From NCBI GenBank assembly GCA_030666865.1, contig DAOUWZ010000004.1, positions 1 to 57,450 on the forward strand: 57,450 nt of DNA, given 5' to 3'. The DNA is from a bacterium (GTDB lineage: Bacteria > Patescibacteriota > Patescibacteriia > S139-126). The notes under the pieces are model-generated. The model was given only the letters and a program-made list of their open reading frames with translations. It was not told the DNA's origin and ran no database searches. The translations under genes and the position numbers were made by a program. The stretch's first letter is position 1, and each line of letters begins with the position of its first letter. Shown one piece after another: positions 9,352-17,484 of this stretch.

Positions 9352-9385
9352 TAAAAAAGGGATGTGTTGATATCTTACACACCCC
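9352..9385 (-). terminator. Intrinsic terminator (minus strand)
   Basis: GGGGTGTGT/ACACATCCC stem followed by TTTTTTATTT on the minus strand, directly downstream of the 9409-9831 CDS. Confidence 0.7.
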
Positions 9386-9408
9386 ATTTTGAAGAATAAA
9401 ATTAAATT

Positions 9409-9831
9409 TTATCTTCGGTGGCGACCATTACCACCATTGTTTTTGATTGCTATTTTTGCTTTATAGCTAATGGTAGTGGTTGGTACTGCTTTTAGCCTGG
9501 TAACATCAATCAAATCACCAGTAACCCGGCAAATTCCATATGTGCCTTTTTTCATTCGCTGTATGGCAAGGTTTATTTCCATGAGATATTTTTCATCCCT
9601 TTGGATGAAAAGAAATACTTTTTCTCTTTCCATAGCATCGGTGCCTTGTTCAGCCATATGAATGCCATAGGCTGAGCCGCCGTTATTGGCCGGAGTGGAA
9701 CTTTTAGTTGTTTCTCTAAGAAATTCTAAATTTTTTTCTGTTTTCGTTTTTTTGTCAAGAAGTAAATTTTTAAGAATCTTAAGATTTTCTTGACCTATCT
9801 CTTCCGCTATTTTTGTTTCTACTTCTTCCAT
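9409..9831 (-). CDS. DksA/TraR-family-like protein with a degenerate zinc finger
   Basis: Coiled-coil N-terminal part, then MKKGTYGICRVTGDLIDVTRLKAVPTTTIS, which matches the DksA C-terminal layout. Only one of the four canonical Cys is present. Confidence 0.55.
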   Translation of the reverse strand: MEEVETKIAEEIGQENLKILKNLLLDKKTKTEKNLEFLRETTKSSTPANNGGSAYGIHMAEQGTDAMEREKVFLFIQRDEKYLMEINLAIQRMKKGTYGICRVTGDLIDVTRLKAVPTTTISYKAKIAIKNNGGNGRHRR

Positions 9832-10170
9832 AATAACCTCTTTTTTCCGTTTTGTTAAAATTTTCCGTTTTGTTTTGGTGAAAGAGGTTCAAATTAAGGT
9901 GATTTATTTTTTTGAATCATAATTCCTCCTGAAGTTTGTGGTTTTTTATATAGACTTATTTGCAACTGCAAACAAGATTGAAATCACGGCCGTCTAAGGG
10001 TTAAATTTTTTGCCGGCTAGGTGAGGCACGGAAGGACCTCAAACTAGAAAAAATTTAATTAATCCTATAGACGGCGGTGGCAGTATGGCCAAATTTGTAA
10101 AAAACGATATGATTATTTTTATCATAAAATAGTAAAGGTTGTCAATATCACGGAGTAATTGTAGAACAAG

Positions 10171-12237
10171 TTATTCCAAATGATATTTGTGGTATTTTAA
10201 TTCAAATTCTTTTTTAATTAAAGGATAAAGAGATAGGTCAGGGGAATTTTTGATAATATCTCGGGCGGCTTGTTTGGCAATTTTTATTAAATCCAGGTCA
10301 GTTAAACTGGCAATTTTTAGGTCTGGTAGTCCTGATTGGCGAGTGCCATATATTTCTCCCATTCCTCTTTGAGTCATATCGTATTCAGCTAGATCAAGGC
10401 CATTATCAGAGTTAACCAAAGCGTTTAAGCGATCGACAGTTTTTTGGCTTTTATTATCAGTAAATAAGAAACAATAGGATTGTTTGTCTGACCGACCAAT
10501 GCGACCACGGAATTGATGAAGCTGAGCTAAACCAAATCTATCAGCGCCTTCAATAATCATCACCGTAGCATTAGGTATGTCAACGCCAACTTCTATAACA
10601 GAAGTAGAAACCAGTATATCAATTTTACCTTGTTTAAATTTGTTCATCACTTCTTTTTTTACCGCTACTTTCAATTTTCCATGTAGCAATCCAATTTTAT
10701 TTTTTGGGAAAATTGTTTTGGTTAGTTTGGCGTATTCATCAGTAGCTGCCTTTACTCCCAATTTATCCGATTCTTCTATCAAAGGGCAGATAACATAAAC
10801 TTGTTGTTTTTGTTTGATAATATTTTTGATAAAATCATATGCTTTTTCGCGGTCTATAGCGGAAACCACTTTGGTTATTATTTTTTTTCGGCCTGGTGGT
10901 TTTTGTTTGATAATTGAAATATTCAAATCACCATATAAAGTAAGAGCCAAACTGCGGGGAATTGGCGTGGCAGTCATAGATAAAAAATGTGGTAGCATTT
11001 TTGGTGTTTTATCTTTGAGTTTAGCTCTTTGCTCTACCCCAAATCGATGTTGTTCGTCAATTACTATTAATCCCAAATTTTTAAAAGAAATTTTTTCTTG
11101 CAACAGAGCGTGGGTGCCGATAATTATATCAAGTTTACCGGCAGCTATTTTGTTAATGATTTTTGGTTTAGTTATTTTAGTAGCATCAGTATTAATTTGA
11201 CGACTGCTTCTGGTAAGAAGTCCTATGTTTAATTCAAATTGTTTTAAGGTATTTTGCAAAGTATGCCAATGTTGATTTGCCAGTATTTCTGTGGGCGCTA
11301 AAATAACTGATTGTAAGCCAGAGAAAGAAGTATTTAGACAGGCAATGGCGGCTACTACTGTTTTGCCAGATCCAACATCACCTTGAAGTAATCTGTTCAT
11401 TGGATTTGGTTTTGCTATATCTATCAATATTTCCCAAGCGCATTTTTTTTGATCATCGGTTAAGGTGAAAGGCAGTGATTTGACTAGTTTTTTAGTTTTG
11501 GTTTCTTGGAAAATTATTGGGTGGGCGGATTGACTGGAAATGGCTGATTTATTTTTTTCTTGGATAAGTTGAATAATAAATAATTCATCAAATTTTAAAC
11601 GTTTTTCAGCGGCCGCAAAATCATCAGTATTATTTGGCCAGTGAATTTTTTTTAATGCTTCTGGCAATGGTATCAGATCGTATTGTTTTAGTATTTCAAT
11701 GGGTAGCCATTCCGAGATAGTAGTAAACAGGGGAGTAATTTGTTTGATTAAAAATCTGATTTGTTTTTGAGTGATATTATTTGTTGATGGATAAATTGGT
11801 ACAATTCTGGCAGTATGAATAGTATTAGCATTTGTTTTTTCCCACATTGGGTTAGAAAATTGGAGATTGTAATAGTCATTATCAACTTTTCCAGAAATAT
11901 AAATTTCATCACCATTTTTTAGTTGTTTGGTGATATAGGGTTGGTTGAACCAGATTATTTTTATACTGCCACTTTTATCGCTTAATAAACATTCGGTCAG
12001 ATTCATTCTTTTCTTTCTTGATCGGCGACTGGATATCAATTCTATTCTTCCTTTGATGGTAGTGTGGTCATTTGTTTTTAAATCGGAAATATTTTTAATA
12101 ATAGAATAATCTTCATATCTTCTTGGCAAGTGCCAAATCAAATCCCAGACATTATTTATGTCCAGTTTTTTTAACCGCCTGGAAGTGGTTTTGCCAACTT
12201 TGGTTAAAGCTGAAATTTTTGTGTCAAAAGTTATCAT
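10171..12237 (-). CDS. recG: ATP-dependent DNA helicase RecG
   Basis: Wedge/OB N-terminal domain, LPFTLTDDQ, Walker A GDVGSGKT, DEQHRFGV and QLHQFRGRIGR. Confidence 0.9.
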   Translation of the reverse strand: MITFDTKISALTKVGKTTSRRLKKLDINNVWDLIWHLPRRYEDYSIIKNISDLKTNDHTTIKGRIELISSRRSRKKRMNLTECLLSDKSGSIKIIWFNQPYITKQLKNGDEIYISGKVDNDYYNLQFSNPMWEKTNANTIHTARIVPIYPSTNNITQKQIRFLIKQITPLFTTISEWLPIEILKQYDLIPLPEALKKIHWPNNTDDFAAAEKRLKFDELFIIQLIQEKNKSAISSQSAHPIIFQETKTKKLVKSLPFTLTDDQKKCAWEILIDIAKPNPMNRLLQGDVGSGKTVVAAIACLNTSFSGLQSVILAPTEILANQHWHTLQNTLKQFELNIGLLTRSSRQINTDATKITKPKIINKIAAGKLDIIIGTHALLQEKISFKNLGLIVIDEQHRFGVEQRAKLKDKTPKMLPHFLSMTATPIPRSLALTLYGDLNISIIKQKPPGRKKIITKVVSAIDREKAYDFIKNIIKQKQQVYVICPLIEESDKLGVKAATDEYAKLTKTIFPKNKIGLLHGKLKVAVKKEVMNKFKQGKIDILVSTSVIEVGVDIPNATVMIIEGADRFGLAQLHQFRGRIGRSDKQSYCFLFTDNKSQKTVDRLNALVNSDNGLDLAEYDMTQRGMGEIYGTRQSGLPDLKIASLTDLDLIKIAKQAARDIIKNSPDLSLYPLIKKEFELKYHKYHLE

Positions 12238-12364
12238 ACAATTATTATATCCTGAAATTTGATAAATAAAAATAACCTAATTAGTTGGTAGGTTTGAGAT
12301 GACGGTTTTTAGTTAGGGTTATTATTTATTTAATATTACAAAATAATGGTGTCTCCAGCAGGAA

Positions 12365-12388
12365 TCCCTGCCTACCGGCAGGCAGGGA
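12365..12388. repeat. P1-family GC palindrome (variant, 1 mismatch)
   Basis: TCCCTGCCTACCGGCAGGCAGGGA, just downstream of tRNA-Arg. Confidence 0.85.
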
Positions 12389-12420
12389 ACCTTAATTAAG
12401 AATTGTAAATTTTATTAGTT

Positions 12421-12495
12421 TGGTGCCCTTGCCAGGAGTCGAACCTGAATTTCGAGATCCGCAATCTCGTGTTCTATCCATTGAACTACAAGGGC
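12421..12495 (-). tRNA. tRNA-Arg (anticodon GCG)
   Basis: Manual cloverleaf: acceptor GCCCTTG/CAAGGGC, D arm GTTC/GAAC, anticodon arm CGAGA-TTGCGGA-TCTCG, T arm TCAGG-TTCGACT-CCTGG, encoded CCA. Confidence 0.8.
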
Positions 12496-12725
12496 GCTTT
12501 AGAATAAGTACAAATATCTATTGCCAGCCCAAGGCTGGTTCGCCTTTGGCGGAAACTACAGGGACATTAGGTTATAGCAAGTAGATGTCAATTGTTTGTC
12601 CGCCGACGTGTCCGACGGAGTCTTGACGAAGTTGGAAGCTTTTGCGTAGGTTGGAACTAAGGAGACAATAATTATTATTAAATAAAACAAAAAGCCCACG
12701 CGTGAACTTTTTTATGTTCGCAAGA

Positions 12726-13229
12726 TTATAGTTTTAAATTTCTGCTTAAGCTATCTGAAATCGGTTCACCTTCTTTTTCTATATTTTCTTCAACAAAATC
12801 TAGCAGCGCTTCTCGAACATGTAAAGGATTTTCATCTTCTAAAGGAATTGGCAATCTTGGCAGATGTAAGGAATTAAATTCAAAATATAATGTTTTTATT
12901 TTTGGTGGTTCATATAAAACCCAGAAATTTTTAATTTCATTCCATAAATAAAGCTTATGTTCCAATAATATCCCTTCTTCAGTTATTAAAAATTTTAATT
13001 TTTTTGGTTCACGTTTTTTTATTATTATTAATGTTATAGTGATTAAAATAATAATAAAAGTGAATAATATATTGGCGTCCACAATACTATAAATCAAAAG
13101 TGCAACCACAATTACTCCAGTAGTTATATACCAGGTTTTGCTATATTGATATTTGATAAATTCAGGAAATTCCCACTTTGCTAAAGTTTTTCCCAAATCT
13201 ATTTCTTCTTTTGTGATATCTGTAGGCAT
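12726..13229 (-). CDS. Hypothetical two-TM membrane protein
   Basis: 167-aa ORF with two adjacent TM helices followed by a soluble C-terminal domain. Confidence 0.45.
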   Translation of the reverse strand: MPTDITKEEIDLGKTLAKWEFPEFIKYQYSKTWYITTGVIVVALLIYSIVDANILFTFIIILITITLIIIKKREPKKLKFLITEEGILLEHKLYLWNEIKNFWVLYEPPKIKTLYFEFNSLHLPRLPIPLEDENPLHVREALLDFVEENIEKEGEPISDSLSRNLKL

Positions 13230-13267
13230 ATGTTTGTATGGTTATATTATACAAGATTATTCTAGTA

Positions 13268-13296
13268 TTGACAATTATTTATAGCTATGTTAATAT
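13268..13296 (+). promoter_or_regulatory. Near-consensus sigma70 promoter (TTGACA-N17-TAATAT) with no CDS behind it
   Basis: TTGACA at 13268-13273 and TAATAT at 13291-13296. Confidence 0.55.
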
Positions 13297-13385
13297 AGAA
13301 TATCAAAATTAAATATTAATATTCTAGATAGATTACCGTTGGAAATATTCTGTTCCAAAAGTGATCTATATAGAACATTGACAAT

Positions 13386-13417
13386 CCGCGTAGTTGTATG
13401 AGAAACGCGGTTTTTTT
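13386..13417 (+). terminator. Intrinsic terminator about 90-115 nt downstream of the orphan promoter
   Basis: CCGCGT-loop-ACGCGG followed by TTTTTTT. Confidence 0.65.
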
Positions 13418-13621
13418 GTAATAAATATAATTATACAAAATAATCGTAGCAATTTTAACTTACTTATTAGGCACACAAAGCTAGGCTTATCCCTCTGATA
13501 CTATTGGTTTTTTTAAAAGCCGTTAGTATCAGGAGGATGAGTCGTAGACAAACTACGCAAAATGCCGGAAGTAGTTATCCGTGTATGTAATTTCTCCTCA
13601 TAATAATTAATTGCTAAAAAA

Positions 13622-13786
13622 ATGTATCAAGCAATTAGAGGAGCACTTACTCTCGCATTACTTCTACTAGTTCTCCAAATATTTTTTCCTGGGTTAACTG
13701 AAGACTTGGTCGCTATCATCTCTAAGATGATAAATATAGTACTAAGCGTACTTGATCAAGTTGTTAGCACTCTGCCTCAGGAATAA
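13622..13786 (+). CDS. Small hydrophobic ORF (54 aa), hypothetical
   Basis: ATG...TAA encoding MYQAIRGALTLALLLLVLQIFFPGL.... It is followed immediately by a strong terminator and falls below the ORF-track cutoff. Confidence 0.3.
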   Translation: MYQAIRGALTLALLLLVLQIFFPGLTEDLVAIISKMINIVLSVLDQVVSTLPQE

Positions 13787-13792
13787 ATATAA

Positions 13793-13821
13793 AGCCCCGT
13801 CTATATGGTGGGGCTTTTTTT
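13793..13821 (+). terminator. Intrinsic terminator
   Basis: AGCCCC-loop-GGGGCT followed by TTTTTTT. Confidence 0.75.
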
Positions 13822-13822
13822 A

Positions 13823-13858
13823 ATTATCGTGATTAATCGTACGATTAATCACGATAAT
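13823..13858. repeat. Perfect 36-bp palindrome
   Basis: ATTATCGTGATTAATCGT|ACGATTAATCACGATAAT. Confidence 0.9.
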
Positions 13859-13898
13859 ACAGGTTGATATATATATAGTAAAATTTTATTTAGAACAT

Positions 13899-13927
13899 GT
13901 AGGGACAGAGCATTGCTCTGTCCCTAC
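13899..13927. repeat. GC-rich 29-nt hairpin palindrome
   Basis: GTAGGGACAGAGCA-T-TGCTCTGTCCCTAC. Confidence 0.9.
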
Positions 13928-14130
13928 GTTGATTTATCATTATAAACTAACTTAAATATATCATCAATCTAGATTTGATTAATAGATAAAAATTAATTAC
14001 ATAATTAAAATCCTATTTAGAAAAGCAAAGGAGTATAAATATCCTTTTTGTTTAACAACCAATAATGATTGACTTAAACTCCAAAATAGTATTATATTAG
14101 GTTTATAATAAAAATTATTTTGTTATTATT

Positions 14131-16491
14131 ATGGTAGAAAAATATAATACTAATGAACGTGAATCACACTGGCGTGAATATTGGCAGGAAAATGAAATAT
14201 ACAAATTTAATCCTCAAAGCGCTAAACCTTTTTATTCGGTAGATACACCGCCACCATATGTTTCGGCTGATCATTTACATATCGGTCATATTATGAGCTA
14301 TTCGCAGGCTGAATTTATCGTTCGTTATAAGAGGATGAGCGGTTTTGAAGTTTTTTATCCTATGGGTTTTGACGATAACGGTTTGCCAACTGAACGTTTT
14401 GTCGAAAAAAAGTATAATATTAATAAAAATAAAATTTCCCGACCGGATTTTATTAAAAAATGTCTAGAAGAAACCAAAATTGGTTCGCAGACATACAGAA
14501 AACTCTGGGAATTACTTGGTATTTCCGTTGATTGGTCAAAAATTTATAGCACTATCAATAATCATAGTCAAAAAATTTCTCAGTGGTCTTTTATTGATTT
14601 ATATAATAAAGGCAAGATGATTAGAAAAGATGAACCGACTTTTTGGTGTACTACTTGTCAAACTGCTTTAGCTCAGGCTGATCTGGAAGATAAAGAAGAA
14701 AAGAGCTTCCTCAATTATATTAATTTCAAAGCTGTTGATTCAGGTAAGGATTTACTGATTGCCACTACCAGGCCTGAATTGATTCCTGCTTGCGTGGCGT
14801 TGTTTCTCAATCAAAACGATCATCGTTATTCAGATCTAATCGGTCAAAAGGCAATGATACCATTTTTTAATTACGAAGTTCCAATTATAGCCGATGAGTC
14901 AGTTGATATTGATTTTGGTACTGGCTTGATGATGGTTTGCAGTTGGGGGGACAGCGAAGATATCAAAAAAGTTAAAGAGTTTAATTTGCCAATCCGGACG
15001 ATTTTAAACATGGATGGCAAATTAAATAGTTTAGCTGGCGAATTTGCAGGCCAAGATTTGCTTTTAGCTAGAAAAAATATTTTAACAAAACTCAAAGAAC
15101 AAAATTATTTGCAAAAACAGGAGCCGATCAGACATGTTCTAAAGATTCACGAGCGTTGCGGTATACCGGTTGAAATAATTAAAACTAAACAATGGTTTAT
15201 TAAAGTTCTTGAAGACAAGGATGATTTATTAGCCCAAGCTGAAAAAATGAATTGGTATCCTTTATTTATGAAACAGCGCTATATTGACTGGGTTAAAACT
15301 CTTAAATGGGATTGGTGTATTTCCCGCCAGCGCTACTATGGTGTGCCATTTCCGGTTTGGTACTGCCAAGACTGCGGGGAGGTAATTTTGCCAGATGTTT
15401 CTGATTTGCCGGTTGATCCGACGATGCCTCAGTCAAAGATTAATACCTGCCCCAAATGTGATAGTAAAAACATTACGGGTGAAAAAGATGTGATGGATAC
15501 TTGGATGACTTCGTCAATGACACCATTGATTGTCAGTCGTTTATTTGAAAATAAGGTTATTCAAGAAAAATTATATCCATCCAGTTTGCGACCGCAAGCT
15601 TTTGAAATTATTCGTACTTGGTTGTTTTATACTGTGGTCAAATCTTTGTACCATTTTAATAATGTACCATTTTTTGATATTATGATTTCCGGTCACGGTC
15701 ACGACGAAAAGGGTCAAAAAATTTCCAAGCGTTTAGGTAATTATGTTCCGCCTGAACAAATTGTTGATCAATATGGCGCTGACGCTTTGCGTTATTGGGC
15801 TACTGGCGCTAATTTGGGTGAAAATTTGAAATATAATGAGAATGAAGTTAAAAAAGGCAAACGCACTATTACTAAACTTTATAATGCTGCGGCTTTTTGT
15901 TTTTCTCATTTCAAAGATCAGGACTATTCCCATTTAGATTTGGAAAATTTATCATCTGAAGATAAGTGGATTTTGAATCAGCTTAACGAAACGATTGAAA
16001 AAGTCACTACTCACTTTGATTCTTACCAATACGCTAAGGCCAAAAATGAAATTGATGATTTTTTCTGGAGTACTTTTTGTGATAATTATTTGGAATTTGT
16101 TAAGTACCGTCTTTATCAAGAAGAGCCGGATCAAATCGCCAAACAAGTTTTATATCAAATTTTACTTGCTATTATCAAAATGTACGCGCCAATTATGCCT
16201 TATATTACCGAAGAAATTTATCATCTTTATTTTGATAAATTGGAAAAAGAAAAAAGCATTCATTTGAGTGCTTGGCCAAAACCAATAGCTGATTTGATTG
16301 TTGACTCCAAAGAAAGTGAGGAATTCGAGAAAGTGATTGCTATTATTGGTGAGATTAGAAAATATAAATCAGAAAAGCAGTTGTCTTTAGGAAAAGTTAT
16401 TCCGGAATTTTCCACTAAAATTAAAGTTAAGCCAGAATACATTGAATTTATTGAGGCAGTCGCTAAAGTGGAAAAAGTAGTTATTTACTAA
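14131..16491 (+). CDS. valS: Valine--tRNA ligase (short, archaeal-type architecture)
   Basis: Class-I HIGH motif (HLHIGH), ATTRPE motif, WCISRQRYYGVPFPVWYC, DTWMTSS and KMSKS-like KISKRLGN. Confidence 0.8.
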   Translation: MVEKYNTNERESHWREYWQENEIYKFNPQSAKPFYSVDTPPPYVSADHLHIGHIMSYSQAEFIVRYKRMSGFEVFYPMGFDDNGLPTERFVEKKYNINKNKISRPDFIKKCLEETKIGSQTYRKLWELLGISVDWSKIYSTINNHSQKISQWSFIDLYNKGKMIRKDEPTFWCTTCQTALAQADLEDKEEKSFLNYINFKAVDSGKDLLIATTRPELIPACVALFLNQNDHRYSDLIGQKAMIPFFNYEVPIIADESVDIDFGTGLMMVCSWGDSEDIKKVKEFNLPIRTILNMDGKLNSLAGEFAGQDLLLARKNILTKLKEQNYLQKQEPIRHVLKIHERCGIPVEIIKTKQWFIKVLEDKDDLLAQAEKMNWYPLFMKQRYIDWVKTLKWDWCISRQRYYGVPFPVWYCQDCGEVILPDVSDLPVDPTMPQSKINTCPKCDSKNITGEKDVMDTWMTSSMTPLIVSRLFENKVIQEKLYPSSLRPQAFEIIRTWLFYTVVKSLYHFNNVPFFDIMISGHGHDEKGQKISKRLGNYVPPEQIVDQYGADALRYWATGANLGENLKYNENEVKKGKRTITKLYNAAAFCFSHFKDQDYSHLDLENLSSEDKWILNQLNETIEKVTTHFDSYQYAKAKNEIDDFFWSTFCDNYLEFVKYRLYQEEPDQIAKQVLYQILLAIIKMYAPIMPYITEEIYHLYFDKLEKEKSIHLSAWPKPIADLIVDSKESEEFEKVIAIIGEIRKYKSEKQLSLGKVIPEFSTKIKVKPEYIEFIEAVAKVEKVVIY

Positions 16492-16541
16492 GATTTAAAT
16501 TGTCTACCGTTTGTCTATTTTTTTATACTTTTTGGATTCTC

Positions 16542-16578
16542 ATAAATAAATCATGTACAAAATACATGATTTATTTAT
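16542..16578. terminator. AT-rich 16-bp perfect hairpin between valS and tRNA-Ser (bidirectional terminator candidate)
   Basis: ATAAATAAATCATGTA-caaaa-TACATGATTTATTTAT. Confidence 0.5.
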
Positions 16579-16667
16579 GGCGGAGAGAGAGGGATTCGAA
16601 CCCTCGAAGGGCGTAAACCCTTACTTCCTTAGCAGGGAAGCGCTTTCAGCCACTCAGCCATCTCTCC
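16578..16667 (-). tRNA. tRNA-Ser (anticodon GCU)
   Basis: Acceptor GGAGAGA/TCTCTCC, anticodon arm CTTCC-CTGCTAA-GGAAG, long variable arm, T arm GAGGG-TTCGAAT-CCCTC, encoded CCA. Confidence 0.85.
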
Positions 16668-16802
16668 GAATTATATTAATATATAAATTGTTTATTTCGT
16701 ATACACTTAATTGAGATATATACTGTTATATTGTAGATAAGAGAATGGTTTATGTCAATTTCATATAAAAATTAAACAGATGTGATGAAAAAAATTAACG
16801 TC

Positions 16803-17474
16803 TTAATTTTTAGCTAAGACTAGAGCATTAACTTTTTTGGCGCCGGCTTGACGCAGTATTCTAGCCGCTTCATTCAAACTAGCTCCAGTTGTTATGACAT
16901 CGTCAACAAGTAATATATTCCTGCCCAAGATAGATTTATTATTTTTTAAGACAAAAGCATCGACAATATTTTTTTGTCTCTTATCTAAGTTTAGCAGTGT
17001 TTGATGTTTGGTATATTTTTTTCGGATTAGATCAGTACAGATTGGAGTGTTATATTTTTTTGACAGTCCACCAGCCAATAATTCGCTTTGATTGAAACCT
17101 CTTTCCAAGTATCTTCGTTTATGCAAGGGGATAGGTATCAAAATAGAATTAGATATAAGCGTTGACAATTTATTTTTGCTAATAAATTTTAATATCAGAT
17201 ATGTTAAAGGTTTTTCAAGATTTTCTTGCCATTTGAATTTGAATAAATCGATAATTTTTTTGATATTGTTATCGTTATAATAGCTGGTGATGTATATTTT
17301 ATCGATATAGTCTTGATACCTGATTTTTTCAAACTCTGGCAACTGGCGTATAGGAACTTTATCCAAACATTTTTGGCAGATCCAGAGATCAGCTTGGTTG
17401 CAAGAAACGCATTTTTTGGGAAATAAAATATTTCTGATATAAATCAGGTATTTTTTTATTTTCTCCGCGGGCAT
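16803..17474 (-). CDS. comF: ComF-family phosphoribosyltransferase-like protein
   Basis: N-terminal CxxC..CxxC, then the PRTase motif LLVDDVITTGASL. The start is placed at MPAEK (17474). The longer start at 17516 would overlap clpC by 32 nt. Confidence 0.7.
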   Translation of the reverse strand: MPAEKIKKYLIYIRNILFPKKCVSCNQADLWICQKCLDKVPIRQLPEFEKIRYQDYIDKIYITSYYNDNNIKKIIDLFKFKWQENLEKPLTYLILKFISKNKLSTLISNSILIPIPLHKRRYLERGFNQSELLAGGLSKKYNTPICTDLIRKKYTKHQTLLNLDKRQKNIVDAFVLKNNKSILGRNILLVDDVITTGASLNEAARILRQAGAKKVNALVLAKN

Positions 17475-17484
17475 AATGAGATGA

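Noticed and set aside
9975-10090. Possible small SRP (4.5S) RNA.
   Set aside because: It has a long hairpin of the right size with a GGAA in the apex. However, the domain-IV signature (GGUCC-GGAA-GGAAGCAGC with the conserved AGCA bulge) cannot be aligned, so it is not called.
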